This document shows, piece by piece, positions 26,168 through 38,845 of a stretch of DNA of 64,000 nucleotides; the first letter of the stretch is position 1; each line of letters starts with the position of its first letter. The translations under genes were made by a program, and so were the position numbers. The stretch comes from Octopus vulgaris. Lineage: Eukaryota. The notes beneath the pieces are model-generated. The model had not been told where the DNA came from. It made no database searches and worked only from the letters and a program-made list of their open reading frames with translations. The DNA is taken from contig OX597824.1 of assembly GCA_951406725.2 (NCBI GenBank), positions 3,596,001 to 3,660,000 of the forward strand, read 5' to 3'.

Positions 26168-26419
26168 CCTTACATTTTCGGTGCCTTATTGAATCGAGAA
26201 GAATGCTACCAAAGTATACACACAGCAGGTTCTGCAGGCGGCTGGGCCTGTCCGGAACCCTCTTCTGGATCCATTTCATCCTCGTCTTCCTCACCAGTGT
26301 CATCAGCAATATCCCAACCAAAGTCTTCTCCACACAAAAGACATATCCAGCGGAGTCAAACGTTAAGATTCGATGAAAATGTGGCTTATGCTATTTCAGA
26401 TAATGATAATCACTGCTGA
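26168..26419 (+). CDS. GRAMD4: GRAMD4 alternative terminal exon B (PYIFGALLNREECYQSIHTAG...Ser-rich...DNDNHC*)
   Basis: Long poly-T tract then tttcAG|CCT, phase 0, 83 codons; paralogous to exon A and to PLVFGAMVHRDEAF; AATAAA at 27755. Confidence 0.85.
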   Translation, partial: PYIFGALLNREECYQSIHTAGSAGGWACPEPSSGSISSSSSSPVSSAISQPKSSPHKRHIQRSQTLRFDENVAYAISDNDNHC

Positions 26420-27039
26420 TGTCATCATGACAAAAAAATTCTTTTTTATTATTATTATAAAAAGTTGTGGGTGATGGTCAGGAAGGGATATACATACAGA
26501 CTTCATCTTAAACAAAAGTGTCAAGCATCAAAATTCTACAAGAGTGATGAGTGATCAATCAAATAGTTATTCATCAAACTACTAATGCCATCTTTGGAAT
26601 TGAAGAGGTTTTTTTTTTAAAAAAAGCAAATACTTACTGCATTGACAGAATCGCTAGAGCTTCGAGCAAATCGCTTTGTGGTGTTTAGTTATGTCCCTTT
26701 ATGTTCTGAGTTCCAATCCCACCAAGGTCATCTTTGCTGTTTATCCTTCCAGGGTCGATAAGATATGGTACCAGTCGAGTACTGGGGCTAAATATAATCG
26801 ATTGTGCCCACTCCTTGAAAATTATGACCTTGTGCCTATGTTGAAACAAAAAAAAGAAATATTTACATTTCATTCAGTTTGATCTCCAATCGTCACCAGG
26901 TGTCTTACTCCTGAACCTGTACATAATACTGGCCTGAGTTTGAACCGGGAACTTTTATTTTTAAACTAAGGATTATGATGCTCTTATCCACTAGGCTGCT
27001 GAATCTGTTCTGCTATTATATATTTATGCTGTAAATGAC

Positions 27040-27365
27040 GATGATCAGATATCAAACTGATGAGTTATCAACTGATCTTATATTAAACTGATTAGATATC
27101 AACTGATCAGATATCAAACTGATTAGATATCAAACTGATTAGATATGAACTGATCAGATATCGAACTGATTAGATATTAACCGATCAGATACCAAACTGA
27201 TTAGATATCAACTGATCAGATATCAAACTGATCAGATATTAACTGATCACATATCAAACTGATCTGATATCAATTTGGTCTGCTACTATATACATATACT
27301 ATAATATGACACCTGGTGACAATTGGATATCAAACTGTTCAGATATCAATTGATTGAATATCAAT
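27040..27365. repeat. Degenerate ~18-19-bp tandem array (atcaaactgatYagat)
   Basis: About 12 visible copies of tatcaaactgatcaga / tatcaactgattaga. Confidence 0.85.
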
Positions 27366-28568
27366 CTCGTCCGCTACTGTATACATATCCTTATGATTGG
27401 ATATTTCCTGAGTGGATATCAACAATTGAATATCAGTCTTGTCTGTTATTTTGTGTGCGTGTGGATGGGTGTGTGTGTGTGTGTATCCTGTAATACAACA
27501 CCCGATGACAATCAGATATCAAACTGATTGAAACATAGTGTAGATATAAATGTTTTTTTTTTAACATTGCTGTCCAAAGATGGGGTTAAAAATAATCAAT
27601 AAGTCTATTTACCGTAAACAACAACTTTTGGCTAAGCTGTTTGTTTGTTTGGTTTTTTTTTTTAGGTTTTTATTTATTTTTATTTCATACACATATATTT
27701 GTTTATACATACATGCAGCAAACAACATTTTCATAAGAGAAATTCAAAAATCAAAATAAAACAAAATAAATTAATCAAAAAAATAAAAAATAAAGACAAC
27801 TATATATATGAACGGAAAAAACAAAAAAAAAAAAGATAAACATGTGTTTACATGCTTAATATCATATATGCATATAGTTATAAATATTTTTTAATGAAAA
27901 ACAAAAAGAACAAAAGACTCACTGAAATGAAATTCTATGTTGTATCAATCAGTAAAAAAAAAAAAGAAAGGAAAAAGAAAATAAGAAAAAAAAAGCAAAT
28001 TACATGGTATTTATGTCCTAATCTGAATTCAGATCAAGTTTTGTATTTATTGTGTATATTTCATCCAGTTATTATTTGTATTATAATCATCATCCTCATC
28101 ATCATCATCAATATATGATCATTGGTGGTAAGGCTTCAAACTGGCAGAATCGTTAGCTGACCAAATGAAATGCTGAATGGCACTTTGTCCATCATTACAT
28201 TCTCGGTTCAAATCCCACCAAGGTCGACTGGTTGACTTTGCCTTTCAGGATTGATAAGAACCAAGTGAGTGTTGGGGGTCACTGTAATTCAACTTAAGCC
28301 CTCCCCTGAACTTACTGGCCTTCTGCCAAAAATTGAAACCAACATTCTCATTGGCGCTGAGTTGACAGAATTGCCAGAATGTCAGACGAAATGCCTCTCC
28401 ATCTTTACGTCCTGTGGTTGGATTCTGCTGAGGCCTATTTTACTTTTCAGCCTTTTGGTGGGAAGAATGGGCAACAGAATAAGTACCAGTTAAGCACTGG
28501 GGGAGGGGGTCAAAGTAATTGACTAACCCCCTCCACCCATGATTTCAGGCCTTGTGAAACTATATGTT

Positions 28569-28600
<32 letters not shown>

Positions 28601-28640
28601 TCCTTCTTTCTTCAAATTTTCTTCTGTTTCTCGCCAAGTG

Positions 28641-28867
28641 TTTTCCATGCACCTAGGGTAGAGAAGCTCATTGTATGCATTCCCAGATTACACATGCAAA
28701 TTCACAGGTAAAATATGTATTTAAAAATTAATAAATAAATAAATTCATGAATGGACGTTGTGAATTTATTTATTTATTAATTTTTTAAATACATATTTTA
28801 CCTGTGAATTTGCATGTGTAATCTGGGAATGTATGCAATGAGCTTCTCTACCCTAGGTGTACGGAAA
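28641..28867. repeat. Long inverted repeat (~105-bp arms, ~13-nt loop)
   Basis: acctagggtagagaagctcattg...aaattca / tgaattt...caatgagcttctctaccctaggt. Confidence 0.9.
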
Positions 28868-29399
28868 TAATAATAATATATTATTATCATATGGATTAGC
28901 AGAATCATTAGAGAGCTTTGCATCTCTTCTGGTTCTCTACATTTTGAGTTCAAATCTTGTGAGGGTCAACTTTGCTTTTTTTTATTCTTTTGGTAAAAGA
29001 AAGTACCTGCTGACCTTGTGCCCAAATCAGACACCATCATCATCATCATTACAATCATTATCTATAATGTTATTCTATTTGCTATTGCAGTCATGTGTTC
29101 AAGCATTATGCTTTAAATGACCTTAACTATGGAACCAAGTCAAAAACACAATCAAAATCTTTAACATGATGAAACAAGTTTGAGTGTTATGCTTTTAACA
29201 ATCTACACTATGGAATAAAATTGAAAGCGAAATTTTTAACAAACTAAATGCTATGAAGTTTAAAAGCATTTATGAAGCATGAATTCCAACAGATTCCCAA
29301 AAGTTATTATTATTATTATAGACGTCGCACAGTCTACAATATTGTGAGGTTGATTGAAGACATTGTGTCTACTGGAGGTTTGCACTGTTTATCAAGTCA

Positions 29400-29900
29400 C
29401 AACAAGGACCTCAGACAGACAGTAAAATACGTGTGCTGTTCCAAGAAAAGCTGACTTTTGCAATACACCAAGATTGTAGAATATTTCTAAAGTTTCCAGA
29501 TGTTTTTTTTCAGATTGGGTGGTATTGAACCCAGTGCTTCCACGACAATGGAGATAAAGCTGTTATTCGTACCTGCCACATCTCAGCAATCTCAATTCTC
29601 AGGTCTCCATATTTATCAACCTTTTCTCCTTCTTTCATGATGATATGTTGATCTCCTGGCCCTGCCACGTCAATTATTAGGCACTCTTGTTTGTCCCTCC
29701 TAAAGGTTACTATATCTGCCCTTTGGGGCTCTAATACCTTTTCTGTCTAGAAGCCAAAGTCCCAGAGGATTTTTGCCTTCCCCTTTTTCCAGTATACCAA
29801 GAACCTGTAACCTCATATCCATACTTATGGCATAGTAGCCAGTGGAGGTTTTTAGGCTACCTTGTCGTGTCTATGCTTGTACTCTTTCTGAGCAAGACTT
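29400..29900 (-). mobile_element. R4/Dong-like LINE fragment (RLE domain)
   Basis: Minus-strand RHDKVA..LHW, KILWDF, CLIIDVAGPGD, EKVDKYGDL.IEI.EMW. Confidence 0.7.
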
Positions 29901-30544
29901 TCACAAGCACTAACAATGTGAGTCACACTTTCAACCCTCTTCCCACACATCATCATCATCATCATCGTTTAACATCCACTTTCCATGCTAGCATGGGTTG
30001 GACGATTTTGACTGAAGGCTGGCGAACCAGGTGGCTGCACCAGGTTCCAATCTTGATCTGGCAGAGTTTCTACAGCTGGATGCCCTTCCTAATGCCAACC
30101 ACTCCGAGAGTGTAGTGGGTGCTTTTTACATGCCACCAGCACGGAGGCCAGTCAGGGCAGTACTGGCAATGATCTCGCTCAAATCTTTTTACACATGCCA
30201 CCGACACAGGTGCCAGTAAGGCGACATTGGTAATGATCACGCTCGAATGGTGCCCTTTTATGTGCCACCAGTACGGAGCCAGTTGGCTGCTCTGGCAACA
30301 ATCATGCTCAGATGGGGATCAATAATAATTTCAACTCTCTTCCCACAAATTGATAACATTATTATTATCATTTTTATTATTAACATTATTTAGATATTAT
30401 TATATTTTGATATTATTTGGTTCGGGGACATTGCATGGCACATTAGGCAGGTCTCTTCTAGTCTCAGACCAACCAAAGCTTTGTGAGTGGACTAAGTAGA
30501 CAGAAACTATGAAAGAACCCTTTAGTGGGTGTGTGTGTATGTGT

Positions 30545-30928
30545 GTTATCAAAGAAGCTTGAGAGGCGGTTGGATGGAACTTACACCCGCCTCCTTATGA
30601 GAGCTCAAAATCTCTCGTGGAAGCATCATCCAACCAAAGTACAAATATATGGGAAATTACCACCTGTATCATCTCTTATGAAAGGTAGAAGAGTCCAGTT
30701 TGCTGGACATTGTTGTAGAGCTGAAAACGAGGCAATTTCTACTCTTCTCCTCTGGAAGCCATCTGCTCGTGATACCAGAGGGCGTACACTTCTCCTACCC
30801 TGATGTAATCTCCAGGGATACAGGCATCCAGCAACAGGACCTATGTAATGCTATGATGGACCATGAAGTCTGGCGTAACATGGTAAATTCCATTATCTCG
30901 ACCACGGTTGAACAATGATGATGATGAT
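30545..30928 (+). mobile_element. RTE-group LINE 3' fragment with (TGA)n tail
   Basis: RLDGTYTRLLMRAQNLSW, RRVQFAGHC, DL..AM.D...WR. Confidence 0.8.
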
Positions 30929-32573
30929 GTGTGTGTATCATCATTACCATTGTTTAATATCTGCCTTCCATGCTGGCTTGGGTTGGATGGTTTTACTGGA
31001 GCTGGCCAAGCAGAAGACTGTGCCAAACTCCTGTGTCTGTTTTGGCAGGGTTTTTATAGCTGGATGCCCTTCCTAATTCTGAAGTCACCAACTAGTGACC
31101 TATGTCGGGTTGTACACTCTTCACCTGGGAAAGACTTCACATTCACAAGCATCTGCTTATCTCATTACCCGATGTGGAAGTAATCAATCTGGCTTATATA
31201 CCCACCAAACTGATAAGTGATGGAGGCTGGTTTTCTGAAAATTGGTCTTTCTGATCATCAGTCAGCCCAGGCTGTGGAGCATAGGCAGAGATAACTCTAA
31301 CTGTTAATTTATCTCAGATTAATTACCCTATCATATACTCTGACTACCTCAATTACCTTACCTACCCACTTTTCTGCTAAGAGTATGCCTACACCACCTA
31401 CTCCATCATTCTATATATGAATAGAGAGGAACCTATATATACATTATATCATCATCATCATCATCATTTAACGTCCACTTTCCATGCTGGCATGGGTTGG
31501 ATGATTTGACTGAGGTCTGGCAAACTAGACTCCAATCTGATCTGGCAGAGTTTCTATAGCTGGATGCCCTTCCTAATGCCAACCACTCCGAGAGTGTAGT
31601 GGGTGCTTTTACGTGCCACCGGCACAGGGATCATAAATTTTTATACCAACAGAGTAAGTGAAGGAAATAGTTAGACAGAAATATTCTGCACATTCAGAAT
31701 TGTTGTTTTCAATGTCTTGGGACAATCTTGTTATTATTCTACATATAAAGATGGACTCCAAAGTGAAATCAAAAGCAAATAACATTTGCATATACTTGGC
31801 ACATTCATTATTTTATTTTGCTATTTCTTTCAGTCATTGAACTGTGGCCATACTGGTGCACCATCATCATCATCATCACCATCGTTTAATGTCTGCTTTC
31901 TATGCTAACATGGGACAATTTTGACTGACGAGCCAGAATGCTGCACCAGGCTCCAATCTTGATCTGGCAGAGTTTCTACAGCTGGATGTCCTTCATAACA
32001 CCAACCACTCCGAGAGTGTAGTGGGTGCTTTTTACATGCCACCAGCATGAGGGCCTGTCAGGCGGTACTGGCAATGACCTCGGTCGAATTTTTTTTTTTT
32101 TACACATGCCAACAGCACAGGTGCCAGTAAGGCGATGCTAGTAATGATCCCACTCAAATGGTGCCGATGAGGAGTTTAATTATATAAACAGACCCTATTA
32201 CTCCTTCTTTCGGTATCTTACTGCTGCACCACTGCATAATGGAGATGTATGCAAATGTACAATGGTGGTTGGCATTCTTTCATTTCGAGTTTGGTAAGCA
32301 TCTGATCTGTGCCAGATGATTCCCCAACACACGAAATCATTCTTGGCAAATTTTTTGCATTTAGTATTTATATATTTTTGTGTTTGACAATGTATGTATG
32401 CGTGTATATGTGTGTGTGTGTGTGTGTTTGGCAATCTCCAGTATATGAATGACGTTGTCAAACACAAAAGTATAAAAAAAATATATTTCCATAAATTGCT
32501 AAAAATGACATTTGTTATGAAATCAGCTGACACGACAAACTTGACACTTGCCATAATGGAAATGAAAGAATGC

Positions 32574-32612
<39 letters not shown>

Positions 32613-32899
32613 TATATGTCGTATTTAATAAATTGTATGGAATACACCTGATAGTTTGCCAGTAAAGCATGTTCATTGGCTTAGTGTTCGTTAGGAATGT
32701 AATTAATGAGAGAGATGGAAGATACAAGAATCTCTATTGAGATGGGTTAAAACGATTGTAGTGATCAAGAAAGATTCTTGTATAAATCTCCTTTTTTTTT
32801 TACAGGTACCATGATGTATCGGTGAACACTGAACAGTGTTGGAGAGCATAAAAATTAAAGATGGAGTTGAGAGAAAGATGGCTGAAATGGAGGAGTGGA

Positions 32900-33440
32900 G
32901 GCCAACTGAATAGATCTCTTTTTGTATCATGATGATTTGTAGCAGATATGAAACTGCCAATATCCTGATTGTTGCTCAAAGCTCTTTGAACACAGTAAAG
33001 ACTGGAAGACATGACGCCAACAGAAAGGAACACAACAAGCATCCCAACGGCATCTGTATGCCAGAATTAATCCAACAAAGGATGAACAAGACCTTTAGGT
33101 TCAATTCTGGCAGCTGTGTGAAGCTGCAGGAGATTGTGGTCAAACGTTGGCTGGAGAGGGCTGCTGCTGCTGCTGGAAGGTCATATGTGTCTCAGCAGGT
33201 TTTGGATCCTTGCTATACCTCCAGACAGAGCCAGATGTGGTTGACCAAACATTTATGTGACTTCATCAGCCACGATTTCTGGCCTCCTAATTCCTCCAGT
33301 TGTAATCCCATGGATTTACTAGGCGTGGGTTGTGGTTTAGAGACACACCAACCACTCTGGCTGCAAGACCAAGATCAAGAAAATGATTGAAGACTCTTCC
33401 TAGAGACACAGTGAGGAATGCATGTGCTGGGCATCACATC
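32900..33440 (+). mobile_element. Decayed DD37D (maT) transposase
   Basis: AGRSYVSQQ...FWPPNSSSCNPMD. Confidence 0.65.
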
Positions 33441-33529
33441 CAGCAGGAGAGTCCATCATGTATACACACATATAAGTATACATTCATGCATGCATAGATA
33501 CATACATACCAAGGTAGTACTTGTCTGTG

Positions 33530-34015
33530 CAACATGACACCACAAAACCAAATGCACAATGTCATTTATTTGAGACTGTCCTTGAATAAATGTAGAGAAT
33601 CGTCCTGTTACTGAAAACATACACAAATTCCAGCACAAGGGAGACTGGTGGAACATTCCCGTCAAAACATCTGTCAAATGTAAACATAACAGGTCGTATA
33701 CTGTTTGAGTTGAACAAGAAAAAGTAAGGACCATCATAGAGGTCAGCTGTTCTGCTAATGGGAATATCTCTTTGAGAATCAAAGAGAGAGGAGATGGCTA
33801 TGGACCTCCAGCTTCTCCTCTACCTGGATTACAAATTTACATTTATGCCGATAGTATTTGGAGCACTTGATTTTGTAAGCAAATGCCTAACTGTCAGTCT
33901 GGATAAGCTTGGATTTTCAGAGGAAGGAATAAATCAACTGATTCGCACATTACAAATACAATCAGTAAGCGGAATGGTAAAACTATGCAAGACTTCTCTC
34001 AGGTTTAAAATGTGA
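33530..34015 (+). mobile_element. R4/Dong-like LINE 3' fragment (RLE domain)
   Basis: WWNIPVKTSVKCKHNR, IIEVSC, F.PIV.GAL, LQIQSVSG.VK.CKT. Confidence 0.7.
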
Positions 34016-35424
34016 CATCGTTTTTATTATCTACATTTCAAAGATGGAACTTTGTATCTTTGGTAGAAAATAGCTCCTTCTTCAGAAGGAGAATTTAAAT
34101 GATTAAATACAGAAAAGACATACATATATACTACAAGTTCAGGTTTATACCTGTAATTATTTGGGCACTAGATAGGTGTGAAGTCAGTTTATTCCAACTG
34201 TAAAATGCAAGACTAATAATAACATAAACAACAATTAAGATGTCTTGTGGACATTCTTATGAGTTCCAGAACTTTGGATTCTATTGGCCAGTGATTGCCA
34301 GAACAGCTCCCCACCAAAACTGATGCTACACTAAAAGAATCAATAACTAAGTCTCTTTCTAGGCTTGGGTGTTCTTTTGGATTGTCTAGAGTTGTCTGCT
34401 TCATACTCTGAATTTGTGGCACTTCTTCCAGCATTTCCATTGGATGATCTGCTGGAAGCTCAAAAATATTGTCAGTCTCATCGCTAGGTTTGCTGTCCTC
34501 TACAGAACCGTAGTGCAGATGTAGCAGATATGTGACACTGCCTAAATACCAATCTAGAGGAATTAGGCTTCTCAAACATAGAAATGAGAAAGCTGACTCA
34601 AAGGCTGTAGATTCAACCATCACTGGAACTGTAGAAATCTGTAAAACTTTTCAGAAGTTTATCATTTAAGTATATATGAGCATGTCTAGATATGCATGAG
34701 AAGACATGCATAAAACAAAACATACAAATCTCCGCGTATATATACATACATACAAAAATAGCCTGTTGTTGATATTGGAATTCCAATGAAGGAGCCTTGG
34801 ATCTAGGTTAGAAACCAGTTCTTTCTCTATTGACAAGAAATCTTGAAATAAAACTGATGCATGCATGCATCCATCCATCCATACATTTAATGTAGTTGTT
34901 GGTTATAGGTTGTCTGAAACCTTTGGCTTCATGTTTATTATTGCTCTTAGCAATATAGTTGACTCATCAAACCTGCACATAAACCCTCTATTGAAAGTAA
35001 GAATGCAGTCTTGGTCGTGCAATGGGGGGACATGGTTCCAGATTTAGTACCATGGTGTGAAACCTTGGGCAAGTGTTTCTACTTTAGTGACAGATCAATC
35101 AAAGCCTTGTGAGTGGATTAGGTAGATAGAAACTGAAAGAAGCCCATCGCCTGTTTATCATCATCATCATCGTTTAACGTCTGTTTTCCATGCTGGCATG
35201 GGCTGGACGATTTGACTGAGGTCTGACAAACCAGACTCCAGCAGAGTTTCTACAGCTGGATGCCCTTCCTAACGCCAACCACTCCGAGAACGTAGTGGGT
35301 GCTTTTTGCGTGCCACCAGCACAGGTGCCAGAGGAGGTGGCAACGGTCAAGATCGGTTGGTGCTTTTTACGTGCCACCAGCACGGAAGCCAGTCAAGGTG
35401 GCACTGGCATCGACCAGCGCCATG

Positions 35425-37030
35425 AAATTTACAGAAAAACAAAAGACAGGTGCATTAGTTTGATGCTCAGGAAAGTGAGAAACTTTTTTATGTTTTGAGC
35501 CTAAGCTCTTCAACAGAAAGGAATGAGAGAAAATAAATAGAGACAGAATATAAAAAAACTTGTGGATTTAGCAGTCAAGCATGGAGACTGGTTGGGAAAA
35601 AAAAAGGTTTTACAGGAGAGGTAGAAAGAAGGGGAGATAATAAAGTATTGGTGATCCCATACCGAAGGTACACGTGCATGAATGTGAATGTAAGAATGTG
35701 TAAGTGTGTGTACGTGTGAATAGGGGCTAGTGACTTTGACGTATATAGATGTGTGCATGTGTGTGTGCATCTGTAATATGTGGGTGTGTGGATGATGGTG
35801 TGGGTGCTGGGAAGTGGTCAGTGCTAGTGTAGGATGGTGTGATGTGGTGGGTGGGGTAGGGGTGTGGGTGGGGTAGGGGTGTGAGTGGGGTAGGGTGGGT
35901 ATCAACGAAGTGAGAAGTGGTATAGGACTGAGGAGAGGAAGTAGGTGTCAGAGGAAGAGAGGAGAGGTGGGTAGGAGTGAAGAGAAGAAGTAAATGTCAG
36001 ATGAAGATAGGAGGAGAGTTGAACCTATGTGGTGCAAAGGAGTGAAGAGAGAAGATTAATTCCTATTCACGGTGAAGGCAGGAGTCCAGATGGCTCCTGT
36101 GCAAAGACAATCTGAACACAGACAGATGTTGCAGTGAATGACCAGGGTGTTATTGCTGAGTCTGATGTCTCAGAGGCACTCCGTGAACCGAGTGGCGTCC
36201 TGTTTGACCAATGTACAGAGAAGAGCAGGAGATGCAGTAAATGACACTGCTAGAAGTGCAGATAGAGGAGCCTGTGATAGGGACGGTGATGGGTGCCTGT
36301 GAGGATGATGGTGTTGGAAAGGCAGGAGTAAGTGCAGCAGCACAGGAGGGAGCAAGCCAGGTTGGGAGGTAGGGGTAGGGAAGAAACTGTGAGCCAGGAG
36401 GTCATGCAGGTTGTAGGTTTGCTTGAAGGAGGCAAGGGGGTAGGTTGGGGAAGATGTGTGAACTGGAGATGTCAGACTGGAGTTGCTGAAAGGCTTGGAG
36501 AATGGTGCGTTGGAGGGGAAGGGTGGAGGGGGCGGTAGGTGAGGGAAAATGGGAGACAGGCAATGCCAGGGTGGGTGCAGGGACAGAGAACAGAGGCATG
36601 GTCCATGGTTCATGCTCTGGCAAGGGCTGTGGAGATAACCATGAAGGATGAAGTGGTGAGCCATGAGTTGAGATTGAGTCCCTAAGTCATGTTTTTCACT
36701 GCAGAGCCTGCGCAGATGGAAGAATTGGAAGTAGGGGATGGAGAGCTTTGTGTGAGTAGGGTGGGAGGAGGAGAAGTTGAGGTAGGAGTGTGAGTCGGTG
36801 TGTTTGTAGTGGATGGAGGTGGTGAGAGCAGAGTTGTGTATGTTGAGCGAAATGTCAAGAAAGGCGACAGAAGTGTTGGAAATGGTGCAGGAGGATTCGA
36901 AGGCAGGATGGAAGGATTGGACAAAAGAGAGGAAGGAGTCTAGTTGTTCGTGGGAGAGCGAGGTAGCACCGATTCAGTCGTCAATATAACGAGTCTATAG
37001 TTTGAGAGTGGGACCAGTGAATTGAGAATA
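35425..37030 (-). mobile_element. Penelope-like element, decayed RT C-terminus/GIY-YIG plus 3' hammerhead (~35495-35520)
   Basis: LPLQRTILQAF..LQSD, SFK...NL.DLL.HS, YCISCS..YIGQTGR, ELIFSL.SFAP..FN; minus-strand CTGTTGA-A-GAGCttagGCTC-AAAA. Confidence 0.8.
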
Positions 37031-37129
37031 TTTTGGCCTCAATGTAGCCACCAAAAAGGTTCATATAGTTGGGGGCCTATTCTTGTTACCATGGCCACTC
37101 CCGAGACTTGTGGGTAACCCCCCCCCCGT

Positions 37130-37369
37130 GAACAAGAAGCAGTTGTGGGAGTAAGGAGTCAATATTCTCCATCATCTTCACAACAAGAAGTGGATACTAT
37201 TTTAGCTGAAGAATGGACAAAAATTCCTTTGGAAACAATTCAAACTTTGTATGAGTCCATACCTCATAGAATTCAAGCTGTAATTACTGCCAAAGATGGT
37301 GTTACCCCATTTTAAAGTAAATTTGTTTGAAATTTTAAAGTGTTGCCATTATTTTGTCCAACCCCAGTA
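37130..37369 (+). mobile_element. Tc1-type transposase 3' end with TIR
   Basis: EEWTKIPLETIQTLYESIPHRIQAVITAKDGVTPF*. Confidence 0.8.
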
Positions 37370-37377
37370 TATATATA

Positions 37378-37590
37378 TATATTGTATAAAGGGTCGTGGG
37401 TAAGGCCAAAACAATGCGAAGTAAATGCAATGTAAATTACAAGAAAACAAATATGTGAATTAATGTAGACACACCTTGTACTCAATATTTCTGGGTTATG
37501 ACCCCATTTTCAAGAAATTGATGTATGTTGCCATTAATTCACATATTTGTTTTCTTGTGATTTACTTCGCCTGGTTTTGGCCCTACCCAC
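37378..37590. mobile_element. Fold-back element with central hammerhead-like motif (U3-A8)
   Basis: Arms attgtataaagggtcgtggg... / ...cccacgatcctttatacaat; minus strand TTGAAAA-TGGG..CCCA-GAAA-TATT. Confidence 0.65.
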
Positions 37591-37640
37591 GATCCTTTAT
37601 ACAATATATTCTACACAATGCTTCATAATAATTACTCCTT

Positions 37641-37696
<56 letters not shown>

Positions 37697-38399
37697 TTAT
37701 ATATATATATATACATATCTTGCGCAAGTTGTCACGCAGTGAGCCATGTGGTTGGGAAGGAAACTTCTTCGCAGTCACGCCTGCGCCTATTAAAAAAAAC
37801 AGGGGGCCTTCCCCCTTTTCTGTAATTTTTTTTAGTTTTTGAGTATATTTATCATAAATGTTAGACATTTTTCGAAAAATAGCAAACATCTGAAAGAAAG
37901 AAAAATAAAATTCAAAAGATAGTCAAAATAAAAAATTAGGGAAAATGAGTGCGGAATCTCCCACTTTTCTTTTCTTTTCTATCTTTTTGGTGGGTTGGAG
38001 CAGAATCTTAAATAGCGGATGCTTAAAACATACATATCAAAAAAAAAAAACAACAAAAAAAACGTAAATTTTTGAAAAATCCTAATTTCATGTGTTTAAA
38101 GCATAAATATGAAAACTGAACAATTACACGAAGATAGAGAGGAGGTGAATATCCATTCCTCCCACTAATTTGATATCAATGATGCAGACCTAAAGAAATT
38201 ACGGTTTTGGGTACGCTAGATAATTTCCGACTCTATTCTACAGGAATGCACGAAATGTAGTTATTCCATAGGAATTACTTTGTATAATGACTTCGAATAT
38301 GTCATCTGCTGACGAAACTGTAGCTTCCCCCAACCGACTGACTGTAGAAATAAGGTTTTTTTTTTAATCTCAGAAAAATAGGAAAAAGTGATAATAAAT

Positions 38400-38614
38400 A
38401 TAAACAACAGCTGTTCTTGCCAGGCGTGTATCAACAAAGTGTGGAGGATCCAACGCACATGCTCGCCATCGCTTGCTCGACTTCCGCTGAGTGTGTGACA
38501 TTAGAGAGAAAGTAGCACTTAGAGAAAGCAATTAGTGTTTTGCAGGGCACATGACATGTCAATTACCTCATCAGATGTCGTCCCAGCACATGATTTTATT
38601 TATGTCTTGTAAGT
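38400..38614 (+). promoter_or_regulatory. Candidate promoter / non-coding first exon of the ENT gene
   Basis: CpG-retaining unique sequence; ETS-like ACTTCCG at 38480; E/M-boxes CACATGA at 38548 and 38587; donor-like ctt|GTAAGT at 38609. The ATG exon has an acceptor, so an upstream exon is expected. Confidence 0.45.
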
Positions 38615-38638
38615 AACTAAACTTTACGATCTGTTGTA

Positions 38639-38845
38639 CAGGGTGTCCACGAAGTCTGGGTAGATGGAGTAAATAAAATCATAACATAATTGAATATACG
38701 AAATAATAATTTCTTAAAGTATGTGTTAATCCCTATATGGGTACATGGAGTAAATAAAATCATAACAAAGAATTAAATATAAGAAATAATAATTTCTTAA
38801 AGTATGTGTTAATCCCCCATGTACTCAGACTTCGTGGACACCCTG
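38639..38845. mobile_element. Tc1/mariner-type MITE
   Basis: TA-CAGGGTGTCCACGAAGTCTG ... CAGACTTCGTGGACACCCTG-TA; internal ~80-bp direct repeat. Confidence 0.92.

Noticed and set aside
34213-34623. 136-aa minus-strand ORF as an exon of a third gene
   Set aside because: No recognisable domain, no convincing splice pair or partner exons; lies among TE relics
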